From positions 3,658,001 to 3,722,000 of the forward strand of contig JBHGNT010000009.1 in the NCBI GenBank assembly GCA_043228905.1: a stretch of 64,000 nt of DNA, read 5' to 3'. Source of the DNA: Azolla caroliniana. Taxonomy: Eukaryota > Plantae > Polypodiophyta. The number at the start of each line of letters is the position of its first letter. Position 1 is the stretch's first letter. The notes below the pieces were generated by a model. That model did no database searches and was not told the DNA's origin. It saw only the letters and a program-made list of their open reading frames with translations. The position numbers and the translations under genes were made by a program. This document shows positions 13,501-25,395 of the stretch, piece by piece.

Positions 13501-14034
13501 CAGCGTTATGTCGGTGAACGTGTGTCCTATGCGGGCCGGATTTCGTAAACTCGGGTCCGACGCAACCCCCTTTATTCGCAATTCGCTGCCCTCCGGCAAG
13601 GGAGCCGCGACTGGCCTCACCTTCTGGTCCACAGTCTTGTACCTCGTGTCCACTCGGGCCGTCCGACCCGACTCGAGCCCTCTACTGAAGTCTGCGATGA
13701 CTTCGTACATCCTTTCTGAACATACCGGAATCGTCCGATCCTCTTTAAGGACTCCTCCGACTACCTCTCGTAGCTCCCCCAAGGTATCGTCGAAAGAGAC
13801 CGCCTCCACGGCTCTGTTGATTTCCTCTCCAAGGCCGAGGACGCCACATGCCCGAAGTCGCTCCTCCGCCCTTTTCTTCTTCCGTCCAACAATGTCAACT
13901 ATCGTACACCCTCCATTGTCGGAGAACCAAAATTTCCTACTTATAGTACAGGGTTTCTTCGCTATCTTACACTTGTGGGGTCCTCCCGGAGTGTCCGGAC
14001 TATCGCGGCCCCACGCCTTGATAGCCCTCTTCAA
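10600..14034 (-). pseudogene. pol: Element C pol: RT (FLDD), RNase H, integrase; frameshifted near 11190
   Basis: 955-aa ORF 11167-14034 with LRFIQDLQ, GYDQFQL, FLDD, TVDTSPTG, HHCC zinc finger and ADRGE. Integrase tail with WFGPY lies in 10631-11071. Confidence 0.92.
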
Positions 14035-14040
14035 AAATCC
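13975..14040 (-). promoter_or_regulatory. Putative programmed -1 ribosomal frameshift signal (slippery heptamer plus pseudoknot)
   Basis: G GAT TTT (14040-14034) directly precedes the TGA of the PR frame, and pol is in the -1 frame. After a 6-nt spacer: stem GGGCTATC/GATAGTCC, with loop GTGGGG complementary to downstream CCCCAC. Confidence 0.7.
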
Positions 14041-16146
14041 TCCCGGCCTTCGCCCCCGAGGGTCTCGCGGTTCCTGTCATAGTTCGGTCTCACCGTCAAG
14101 AACCGGACCGAGTGACGCCCATCCTGGCTCTTGACCCTCGCACAGGCCGAGCCGTTGTCCAGCACCTTGGTCTCCATCCGTGCTGCCGTGATGTACGGTT
14201 CTCCTAGTATAACCGGATGTGAGGACGTCTCCTGCACGAAGAAGTGCTGGTCAATCTCGACATCGCTGATCTTTACTCGTACATTCGGGCAGGCTCCATG
14301 CAGTTCTTCGGTGCCGCGCGTCGCTGCCCGTATCTTCCACCTGTGCTTGGTGTTGATCGGCCATTTCCCCTTCTTGTAGAAGTCCATGGACATCAAATTG
14401 ATTTCTGAACCGTGGTCCACCAACGCCACCACCGGTTCGTGAACATCTCCGATCTTCACGGGTGTCTCCGTAGTCGCTCTGGCCCAGTGCGGCCTCGAAT
14501 AGTGGCTCTCCGCGAACTCGTCTTCCAGCGCCATGTTCTCTATGTGCGTCGTTCGCACTTCCACCGGCTTCTTCGGTTCTTCCTCCGTCGACAACCTCTT
14601 CCTCTTCACCAAGTCTACGATGGAGTCGTGGAACTCCTTCTTGGCGATCCCAAGCACTTCCCTCAACGACAGTTCCACCTTGCTATCGAGGATTCGTTCT
14701 TCCAGGACCTTTCGCAGGTCCGTGGATCTTTCGATCTTTGTACCCAGCCGGTACCTGCCCTTCTTGGGATTATCCTGGGCACCGGTTACAACGGCCTCAT
14801 TCTGTCTTTGCCCGAATCGAGTTTCATATCGCTGCGAGGGCCCGGCCCCTCCGGTTTTCCCTACCCGCTTGTCCTCCACTAGAGCCTCGTAGTTTTGACA
14901 AGCGGCTTCGACGAAGCCCGTCTTTTCATCCACCGGGTCACTCCACCGGGTCACGTTTTTCCGCGCGGTCCACCTCTTCTTTCCCCAGCTGTGCGCTGGC
15001 GAGGCCTTCCAGCATCGTCGGCCAGAACCCGGCTTTGTTCGTCTTCGGGGCCTCGCCACCTCCGACTCGAATACCAGCTGACGCCGAGTAGTGGACGGTC
15101 TCTGCGTGACGAGCCGCCTCCTCCTCCATCAGCCTTTTCATACCCCCTCGCCCGACGTTCAGGTTTAGGGCCCTTCGGGTCTCGCTGGCGTGCACCCGAC
15201 TGTTCCACAGGTACACCACGTTGCTTCTCATTGCCTCGGAGAAGTCCCCGCAGTCCTTCCGGATGTGCCCAACCGCGTCACACCACATGCATCTGTTTTC
15301 AGCTAGAGGTCGTCAGTCACGGGCTTGTTCGCCACCATCCCTCCGTGCCTGGGCGATCTGGAGATCCCTTACCATCCGCGTCAGCTCCTCCAGAGGTGCT
15401 CCCCCGGATGAGCCCTTGACCATGCTGGTTGAAGCCGACCCGGTCTCGAGCCAATCTCGGGTCTCTTCCCTTCGCGTTGGTGGTGTTGGCTCGAGCTTCC
15501 TTGCTGCGACAGAGCCTGCCCCTGTCGATCCTTTGTCAGCCCATTCCCGCCGTTTGTCGAAACGGCCACAGACCCTTTTCACTACGGCCCAGTCGTCCGT
15601 CAACCCGTCATCAGTCTCCAATAGGAGGCCTACTTGCTCCCGATCCCGCTCGTCAACCTACTTAACAAACAATAGGACACGACTTGTGTCCAGAATGGTT
15701 CGGTCAAGCACCGAGAGGCGCGCGAAGCGTTCCTCAAACTCCCGAAGGAGCACTGACGCGTTCCTTCCTTTGTCGGGGGTCTCCACCCACTCCATGAAGT
15801 CCCGCTTCGAAAGTCGAAGCGCATCTTCAAGCCCGTATCTTTCGAGGAGCCGACCTTCGAACTCCTCCCAGGTCCGGCTCTCGGCCCGTACCTCGAGCAC
15901 CTCCGTATGGATACCCGACATTGCTACTCGAGGGAATCCGGCTAGACGCCTCTCTTCCGGAATGTCCCTCATTACCATCTCAGCCCGGTAGGACGCCAAG
16001 TAGCTCGTGGCATCCTTTCCACTAAACCGGCCGATCGTACCGACAACCGCCTCGATAGCCCTATCAAGGGCGCCAGTGCCTTCGCGTGCACTCACTATAC
16101 GGTCTACAGCCGAAGCCATGGCTTCTGCAAGGTCCGACCCCCTCAT
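14031..16146 (-). pseudogene. gag: Element C gag-protease (two in-frame stops, one frameshift near 14940)
   Basis: Capsid-like region 15313-16146, zinc knuckle CMWCDAVGHIRKDC, aspartic protease ALVDHGSEINL..VILG. Confidence 0.9.
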
Positions 16147-16167
16147 CTTCTACTCCTCTGCCGCCTG

Positions 16168-16185
16168 TTCACGTCGGGTTCACCA
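16168..16185 (-). promoter_or_regulatory. Primer-binding site complementary to the 3' end of tRNA-Trp
   Basis: TGGTGAACCCGACGTGAA, 4 nt from the LTR. Identical PBS at 45802-45819 and 57391-57408. Trp identity is from recalled plant tRNA-Trp sequence. Confidence 0.85.
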
Positions 16186-16973
16186 AATATGTCGCGTTGC
16201 TACGCGTGTGCGTGGAGAAAGGGCGGGACCACGGGGGTCTTGGACTAAGGGGTAGAGGAGAAGGAGGAGAGCGGAAAGACAACGGACCCTCTTACACACG
16301 CACTGACACGGGAGCTCAAGGAAATCACAGTCCAACAACACAGCAAAACGAGACGACCAGAAGTCCGAGCATATGAACACGTATGTATATTAATACAAGT
16401 ATAAATATCGAGACGGTTACAACTAACAGGATTGCAAGGCGAACACCGAAGCCTGTTCACTCACGCAAACAGAAGAGCGAGATGGAGATTCTGCCGGAAG
16501 CACACGGGCGTTCCACAGGACAGAGTCAGCCTCCCGAGAGCCTGTGCAAAGAAGGCTATGGAGAACGACAGAGAAGAAGAACTCGGTCCCAGTCCGACAA
16601 CACTTCGTTCCCTCTAGCGCTCGATACCTTCTCCCCCCCGTCTCCCTCTCTTTTTATAGCTCAAGGAGGGAGGCCGCCTTGCCCGTTTACATCACATTAA
16701 TTCTCTGTCCTTTCGGATAGAGATACTCCTCGATTTCCCTTACAGAATATTGCTACCTAGGATTTAACCTTTGTGCCTACCTATTTACTATACGACAAGG
16801 GACGTGCCCACGTGTAAGGGCCGGTTCACACACACTATACACGGTTTGCGCCTGGGGACAGTTTTCTTCACGACAACGTCTGCCGCAATGATGAATGGTT
16901 TTGCCGGATCAACATGAGCTAGAATAGGAGCTGATGTAAATGCCTTCGTAAGACTCTCAAAAGCCATGTCCGT

Positions 16974-17052
16974 TGTCGTGCCTTTTGGCGCCGGATCGTT
17001 GTGTGAGTTATTTTATATGTTTTTCACGTAGTGTACGAAATACACTACGACA
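16974..17052 (+). mobile_element. 79-bp mini-element with TGTCGT..ACGACA ends
   Basis: Interrupts element B pol (WFKEA|DMAFESL). Flanks CCGT/CTGC are consistent with a decayed CCGC TSD. Confidence 0.75.
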
Positions 17053-17930
17053 CTGCTTCTTTAAACCAAACAAACGACTCCCCCTTCTTGGTAAGCTGTG
17101 TGAGAGGTAGAATAAGCTCTGAGTAATCATGATTAAACTTGCGGTAGAAATTCGCAAAGCCTAGTAAAAAGCATTGCACATCTTGCAACGAACATGGAGT
17201 TTGCCACTCTACCACAATTTTGACCTTAGTTGGATCCATAGAGATGCCTTCTGAGGAGATGCCATAGCCTAGAAATTCCACCTGGTTGCACTCGAAGCTA
17301 CATTTTTCTACTTTTGCATAAAGACCATGTTCTCGAAGCCGTTTTAGTACTAACAGTACATGAGAATCATGTTGTTCTTGGGTCTTCGAATAAACTAGTA
17401 GATCATCCAAATATGTAGATGATCAAACAAACATCCAAGAGATCTTGGAATATATCATTTGCCATGTGCTGGAAGACTTCTGGTGCATTAGTGAGACTGA
17501 ATGGCATGACTGTATACTCGAAGCGCTCATATCTGGTGCGGAACGCATTCTTCCATTCATCTCTTGGTCAAATCCGGACGAGGTTATATGCTCCTCATAA
17601 GTCAATCTTTGTGAAGAACCTTGCACCATTGATCCATTCTAAAAGACTTGAGATAAGGGGAAGTGCATACTTATTCCTGATGGTGACCTTATTCAAGCCG
17701 TGGTAGTCTACGACGAGACGAAGTGATCCATCCTTTTTCTTGACGAAGAAAATGGGTGCGGCGGCTAGAGATTTCGAATGTCGAATGAAGCCGTTTGCCA
17801 AATTCTCCTCTATATAGGCTCAAAGGACTTCTAGCTCGGTTGGTGACAAATTGTAGATCGGACTCCATGGTGGCTCTTTTCCCGGTTGTAAATCAATGGG
17901 GCAATCATACGGTCGGTGGTGAGGAAACGT

Positions 17931-18750
17931 TGTCGTGACGATTTTCGGCCATGGTGAGAAAACCGAGTGGGATGAATAAAATGGGGGTGTGCAACATTGC
18001 ACATGCATTTGATACCATTATAAAATAAGAATAAGAAACCAAATGTAAAAAGGAAGGGTAAAATGTAGGGTGTTAAAAGTGCACTACAAAAAAAATTCAT
18101 AAAGTGTAAATGTGATGTGCACTTAGGTGCACATGCACATGTAGACTAAAGGGGAGTCCATGAAGTACGAGTATAGTGGGTAGTGGGCATAGTGTGTTTT
18201 GAGGAGAGGGAGTTACGACCCCATCAATCTCTCCTCCTAAGATCAAGGCAAATATCCCCATTGAAAGAAGGGGATATTTGGCCTCTCTTTTTGTAATGTT
18301 CCTCACCCCTTACTACTATAAAAGGGAGTGAGGGGTCACTTTTGAGGGGTAGCCATTTTGTCGTTTTGAGGTAGACCGTTAGGGTTTTAGTTATTCTTAT
18401 CCCTTTTTGTTTTAGGGTATTTCTTCGAGGTTCCACTCTCTATCATTCCTTTCATTAGGATTTTCTTCTTCTTCTTCTTTTCCCCCTATCCAATTTGGGT
18501 TTCATCTAGAGGGTTTACATTCGGCCTACGCAACCATGGTTGTAATTCATGTGGTGTTTTCGTAATATAATCATTCAATGAATCTTGTCTTGTCTTGTAT
18601 CTAATCTTAATCTCTCCAATCTTAACCTCTCTAACCTTAATCTTTCCCTTCCCGGTTAAACTCCCAAGCTTCTTTCCCTTCTCTCACTTCCTAGTCCAAG
18701 ACCCCCCAGGTCCCGTCCTATCCAACACGCACGCGCGAAACATCGCGACA
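17931..18750 (+). mobile_element. Solo LTR of the Trp-primed gypsy family
   Basis: TGTCGTGA..CGCGACA; TSD ACGT; TATAAAA near 18317; U5 motif GTCCAAGACCCCC..GGTCCCG. Confidence 0.92.
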
Positions 18751-20581
18751 ACGTATTGGCTTGTACCTTATCGAACACATCGGCCTACTGAAGATACTTC
18801 TATGGAAGTTGAACCATGGATTCCTCTTTAGTAGTGTTGGAAGGTTTTACTGATACTGCGAAGATAAACATTGCTTCCTTGCGTCCTTCCTCATGCAATT
18901 GTTATAGAGAAATGGTTGCAATATTATGAGTAGATCCTCGGATTTGTCGATACTAGATTTCTCTTGTTCTCCAATCTACGTCTGGGTTATGTGATTCGAA
19001 CCATGGTAACCCCAAGACAATTGGATGATCTGGACCACTAATTATATTAAATGATACTACACAGATCAAGTAATCTAGGACAACTTGAATCGGTTCTAAC
19101 TCCTCTACGATTTTTCTGGAAGATGCTGGGCAAGAAAGTTTTCTTAGGGATATTTGATGAGCTTGGGTAAAATTCCTATCCATGAAGCAAGAGTTGGCTT
19201 CGGAATCTAAGAGTGCTAAGACATGTATTGGAGGAGTACTTTTAGTACTAACCATTACTTGAGCTAAGAACACATTGCTAACTTGCTTAGAGGAAATGGA
19301 ACCACTAATGGGATGCAAAAATCTAGGGTTGTCCAACAAAACGGCTCCTATTTTGGTTGCACTTAATCGTTTAACTCTTCTACTAGTTGACTAAGGATTT
19401 CAAATTTGTTTGAAAGGCTTGGGCTATTAGGACTATCAGACACACCTAGAGAAATAGACTCGGGTTTAGTACTATTAGTACTAGCAGTTATTTGATTTAC
19501 TTGCCTTCTTGGCCGATGGGGACAGTTCACTACAATATGTCCTGGTCCACCGCAATAAAGACATAATCGATTTTCTCGGCGTCGCTGCTTTTCTTCTTCT
19601 GTTAGTGGTTCGTGACGACGTGTCGTGTCGATTTCCATTGGAGTCGGAGTATTTGTTGGAGACATTAAATTTCTCCCTTGTGAAAGGCTTTGCTACAATT
19701 GAAGCGTAGGTGGGCTCCGATCTTGCCCTCGGCATTTGAAATTGATGTTTCGAACGTCGTTTGAAGAGGTGCTTATTGCATCATACTGCGCGACTGATTG
19801 CTTCTGTCAATGACTTTGGTTCTTCGGGGAAGGTCAAGAGTAAATCCTTGACATCATTACGTAGGCCATAACGAAATTGCTCCATTAATGCTTGGTCATC
19901 CTAGGGGATATCGGAGGCGAGTAGACGGAAATCTACAACATATGCAGAGGTTGGACGGTCACCTTGATGTGATTATCGGATTTTGTTGATTGCTGTCCTG
20001 ATGATATCACTATCTCCAAAACAGGCTTTAAACTCACTTATAAACTCTTCAAAATTGTTTAGTAATGGAGATTCCTTTTCTAACAATGGAGCAAACCATG
20101 CCAAAGTTGAGCCACTTAACAACGTGCCTACTAGACCCACTCGTGATGCATCGGTGGGATATCGGGAAGGATGCATTTGAATGACTAATCGTACTTGATT
20201 AAGGAATCCTCTAAACTGTGATCGTATTCCATCGAATTTCATAGGAAGGCCGATCTTAGGTTCTTTATGAATCCCTTGCGTACTTGGTCCTTGTTGCAAC
20301 ACTAGAATTGTCGTTTCGAGCTATTGCACGCGTAACGATAGTTCCCCATGTTGTTGTTGCGTCTACTGCTTTTCTAAGGAGATTTGTTGAAGATCCCCCA
20401 ACAGTTGTTGATTTTCTTGTTCCAATGCGAGAAACTTCTCTTTCAAGCATTGCAACTCCGAGAAAACGGATTGATATTCTTGAGCACTAACAGTGGCCAT
20501 AGTATGAGAGAAAAGAGGAATAAGAGATTAGTATGAAGGGAGGGAGAACTAAGAAGATAAAAGGAAGAGGAGGAAGGAGAG

Positions 20582-20595
20582 AAATCGGTTCAAAC
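20582..20595 (-). promoter_or_regulatory. Self-priming PBS of element B
   Basis: GTTTGAACCGATTT abuts the 5' LTR and is complementary to AAATCGGTTCAA inside the LTR just downstream of the TATA box. No TGG tRNA-type PBS. Confidence 0.75.
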
Positions 20596-20656
20596 TGTTA
20601 GGAATAGTACTGAGACAGAGAGGAGATTAGTACTAAGAGGAAAAGAGGGTGTAGAA

Positions 20657-20721
<65 letters not shown>

Positions 20722-22919
20722 TGATGACAAAAGATATATTATGTAGAAAAAATATACAAGGATAGCTAGGAGGCTTAAGACTGGCGTTGAACCGATTTGG
20801 TTCGAAATAATGCCTTGTGCCTCATATAGTGTTTTTAGGAGTACTCTTGAAGTTTCTAGAATGTTCTAGAGAAATCTGGAATATACATCAATTTTCTATA
20901 GTGAAATAATAAATGAAAATAATAATCTTTGTATTACAATGTATAGTCTAATGAAAAGGGCTTGACTCATTTAACATAAGGTCATGGGTTTGAATCTTGC
21001 CATATCATGACATATACCATAAATTTTGTCAAAAAAGTAAACCATCATGCCAACTAAATTGGTTGTAGTCTTGACGAAGATTTTGAGATTGTGAACAAGA
21101 AGCTCGATCTAAGATAATATGGTTCAAAATTTCACTGGCGAATTCATTAGTCTCAATATGCTCCCGAATGGAATCAAGAAGACTCGAATCTCCGGGTGTG
21201 TCTATAGCATGAAATGCCATTAGTCGTAGATGGTAAGGGCCCAAGAGAATTTGCTTCTGACTTTCAAATGCGGCCTCTCTTGTTTGAAGTTCCATATACG
21301 AACACCGAGATAAAGCATATGCTTTTCCTTGTTGCATCCTAGGGCGATATAGAATTACAAAATCAAAACCAGTTAAGAACTGTGTCCAACGAGCTTGTCG
21401 ACGACTCAAGACTCGAGCATTTTGGAAGCATGTTAGATTTTTGGGATCATTGTAGACAATGATCTGTTGAGAAGAACTCTCCAAAAAATGACGTCATTGT
21501 TGAAAAGAATCCATAATGGCAAGAAGCTCTTTGTCGTGAATCACATAGTAATTTTCTGCAACTTCAAACTTTTGTGAGTGAAAAGCCACAGGGTGCAATT
21601 GGCTATCATTGCTAATCTGGGATAGTACGCTTCCTAGTGCAAAGTCGGATGCATCAACTTTGAGTATAAAGCGCTTCATTAGATCAACATGCATCAAAAT
21701 TGGTGCAAATGTAAATGCTTACTTTAAACCCTCAAATGCAAAGTTTGCACTAAATGTACTCCATACAAATGGTCGATTCTTTTGTGTCAGTTGAGTGAGG
21801 GGCAATACGATCTTTGAATAATCTTTGATGAACTTGTGATAAAAGTTTCCAAACCCCAAAAAACATCGTACATCTCGCACAGATTGTGGTGTTTGCCAAT
21901 CTAAAACAGTTTGAACCTATGCTGGATCCATAAAGATGCCATGTGAAGAGAATATGTACCCCAAAAATTCCACTTGACGCTAATCGAAACTACACTTCTC
22001 CAATTTTGCATAGAGACCATATTCATGCAACCATTGCAAAACTTGTCGAACATGTATATCATGCTCATCCTGAGTTTTTGAGTAGATCAAGATATCATCC
22101 AGGTAAATTATGATGAAAATATCGAGGAAATCTCGAAAAATGTCACTCGTCATATGTTGAAAAATATTTAGCTCCGTTGAGGAGTTTTAGAAGGCTTGAG
22201 ATAAATGGTAGTGCATATCGGTTTTGAATAGTTACTTTATTCAATCCCCGATAATCCATAACCAAACAAAGCGAATCATACTTTAACAAAAAATATGGGT
22301 GCACCGGTAGGAAATCTTGAATGTTGGATAAACCCATTTGCCAAGTTCTCAGATTCAATATATTCCCGAAAAACCTCTAGATCTGTGGGCGAAAGGTTAT
22401 AAATTGGCCCCCATGGAGGCTCTTCTCCGGGTTGCAAATCAATCGTGCAATCATCTGGTCGATGCTCTAGTAGTTTATTGGCCTTCACCTTATCAAATAC
22501 ATTAGAGAATTCTGTGTACTTCTGCTTGATGTGGGAGTTGCTAAAACTGCGAACACAAACATGTCTTCTTTCCGTCCTTCCTCACGTAACTAATGTACAG
22601 AGATTGTTGAAATATTTTGGAATCTCATATCCCTTGTTGGAGTTTTAAGAGACTCCAATTGTATTGTGACCTCTTCAATGGTTCTTTTTCTCCAATCAAT
22701 AGTTGGGTTATGTAGCTCAAACCATGGAAGACCAAGAACTAGGGAGTGCTCTGGACTACGAATGATGTGGAATGAGATGACACTGGCCAAATTGCCTAGG
22801 ACTACACGAATTGGTTCAGACTCTTCAACTATATCACTTGATGCTATGGGGTGTTCATCAATGACTCCGATAGACACTAGGCTTGGGAGCTTATGCAACT
22901 AAATATTATGTATTATAGC

Positions 22920-24205
22920 TAACAATCGGCAGAACCGAACCGATCCACGAAACTGCGGCTTAACGACTTAATGGTTTAAATGGTTTGGTTTGGTTTCAAC
23001 AGTTAAAAACCGTGGTTTAAACGGTTTAACGGTTTTTTATTTTTTATTTTTTAAAAAAACATTTTAAAAATTTTAAAAATTGTTTTTAAACAAACTTTTC
23101 ATTTTCATGCCTTATTGTCACATTTCAGGAAAATCTTTAAAATCTTTAAATTTTAAAATGTAAAATTTGACCTAAGCTGAAAACCGAAACTGAACCATGA
23201 AACCGGGGCCTTGGACCAAGAAGCCGGTAAGGGAAGAGAGGTTATCCGGATTGTCGTTCGGGTAGCTTTGTCGGAACACTGTCCAGAGCCGGTAAGAAGG
23301 AGGAGATTACCCGGATCGGCTTCCGGGTAGCTTCGTAGGAGCGGGGTCCGGTCACATATCCGATCTTGACCAGTCTCTGGATGCTGGAGGGTGAGGTGAG
23401 CACACGGGCTCGACACGCGTTATTGGTTCTGGAGCTATGACGAACAACGAACGAAGAGCTCACAGGCTCGCACACTCAGGTATGCCCACGCAAGCGGGAT
23501 GAAGTGGTGATAAGAACATGATAGAGACAAAGAATCCGGAAACAACAAATAATCTATTAATCTATACTAAGAGAATTACAACCAGACTCGGTCGTCAACG
23601 GAGCTTCGAGCTCCCCTCACTCACACATGCAGAAACTAGTGAGCCTCCGATCGGGAGCACACGGGCTACCAACGCGAAACGGAGGGCCTCACAACACCAC
23701 ACTACAGAAAACCGGACAAAATAGAGAGAGGAAATCTGTAGAGCTCGGTCCGGTAGCACTTCGTCTTCCAAATCGTGGATGCCCAAAATAGTTCAAAGCC
23801 TCCCCTTTTTATAGCCCAAGGTTAGGCTATTACATCATGTTTAAGACAACCGATTCTGTCAGCGATTCTCTCTCGGTTTCCTTCCCCACACATGCTTTAT
23901 TCTTCTCTTTTCATGGGACATTAAAGTACTCATTAGATCTTACTACCTAGTGCTTACTAGTCCTATGTTATTTACATATGTTTGTACATAAACACAACTT
24001 TGTTGGCACTCGTGCACACCCCCATTCCCACGCTCTCCGGCCCCCTTCCTCCTTGTAGCTAGAATTCCCCACTACACCGGTTCAATGGCTTAATGGTTTG
24101 AATGTTTTTTAATGGTTTCGTGGTTTGGTTTGGTTTGGTTCAGGTTTCAAAAAATTTTAACAGTTCGGTTTGGACTCGTTCTTACCGAACCGTTGCCGAT
24201 TGTTA
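22920..24205. mobile_element. hAT-type MITE with AACCG/GGTT subterminal repeats, containing a solo LTR
   Basis: TIR TAACAATCGGCA/TGCCGATTGTTA. 8-bp TSD ATTATAGC/ATTACAAC. Interrupts the element A protease. Confidence 0.85.
23207..24076 (-). mobile_element. Solo LTR related to the Trp-primed family, U5 tip deleted
   Basis: Starts TGTAGTGG on the minus strand; TATAAAA near 23810. U5 motif GGGGCCTTGGACC resembles GGGGTCTTGGACT of LTR C/D. CCGG on both sides. Confidence 0.7.
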
Positions 24206-25395
24206 ATTACAACGAACTCACGATCCATGAAACAAGAGTTGGCTCCAAAGTTTAAGAGGGTAGAAGTTGGGACTCAATGGCACCTAGATGTGTTAAGCTC
24301 AACTTGTGCACAGAAAACTCGACTAACATGATCAGATGAAATGGAACCACAACTAGGGACGAACGCTATATGCCTAGGGTTGTCCAACCAAATGACCACG
24401 ATTTTGGCCGAACTTACTCGTTAACAGATCGTGTAATTGGCTCAAGACATCAAATGTATTTTTATGACATGGGCTACTAGGCCTACTTAGGTTATGAGAA
24501 GGCAGGGTAGAAATTGAAATGGGGTTGTCATGGGTACTTACTTGGTTAAATTGTCGTCGTGGTTTATGTGGACAATTCACAGCTATATGTCCTAGACGAC
24601 CACAATATAGGAATAGATTATTCGCTCGACATCATTGTTTTTAAGCATACGATAATGGTCCTCGATGTTGTGTTGTCTCGATTTCCATTGGAGTAGGGCC
24701 TTCCATCAAACTTGGCTTTAACACTTGTGGTGGAGTTGTGACCACCGAAGCATATGTTTCTGTTGTTCAGAAGTGTAACATTTGTTGGCATTTAGAACGT
24801 CACTCAAATAAGCGATTGTCACATCACACGGCCCAACTTATTGCTTTAGTAAGAGATTTTGGATCATCATGGAAGGTAAGAAGTGAATCCTTCACATCAT
24901 TGTCTAGACCTTGACAAAATTGGTTCATTAACGCCGCCTCGCCCCATGGAATATCACATGCTAAGAGACGAAAATCTACAGCATAAGCAAAAGCAAGATG
25001 ATCTCCTTTTCGTAATTGTCAAATTTTGTTTATTGTTGTTTCACACAATCGGTGTCTCCAAAATTGGCTTGGAATTCTTTTACAAATCCTTCAAAATCTT
25101 CTAACAATGGTGAGTGCTTCTCCAGGAGTGGTGTAAACCATGCTAACACGATACCGGTTAACAAGGTACCAACTAGTTCCCCGCGAACAACATCAGTTGG
25201 GTAACGACTAGGATGTAATTTCATGAGTCGTACCTGATTTAAAAATCCACAAAATTGAGACCTTGTACCATAACACTTGGCCGGAAGACTAATCTTTGGT
25301 TCTTTCAGCAAGGTTTGAACTTTTGCCGCATGTAGTTGCAATAAAGTACTTCATATTGATGCACCCGTTGATGCCGAACCAATTGATGCACCCGT

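Larger units (their letters stand above)
9802..16875 (-). mobile_element. Element C: near-intact non-chromoviral Ty3/gypsy with tRNA-Trp PBS (Phygy-like, tentative)
   Basis: 686-bp LTRs 9802-10487 and 16190-16875 (about 16 differences by eye). TSD ACGT. PBS 16168-16185; PPT 10488-10502. Gag-PR and RT-RH-IN ORFs present. Confidence 0.95.
7395..21012 (-). mobile_element. Element B: degenerate Tcn1-like chromovirus nested in element A pol
   Basis: LTRs 7395-7828 and 20596-21012 (TG..CA). TSD CATAC/TATAC; PPT 7829-7841. Gag 19973-20302, CCHC knuckle CLYCGGPGHIVVNC, protease ALLDSEAN, RT (DDLLVYS), RNase H, integrase, chromodomain ~7900-8060. Confidence 0.92.

Noticed and set aside
10532-16376. 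Many plus-strand ORFs opposite element C (and likewise opposite the copia at 33045-37280)
   Set aside because: Antisense shadows of GC-rich coding sequence with no independent motifs.
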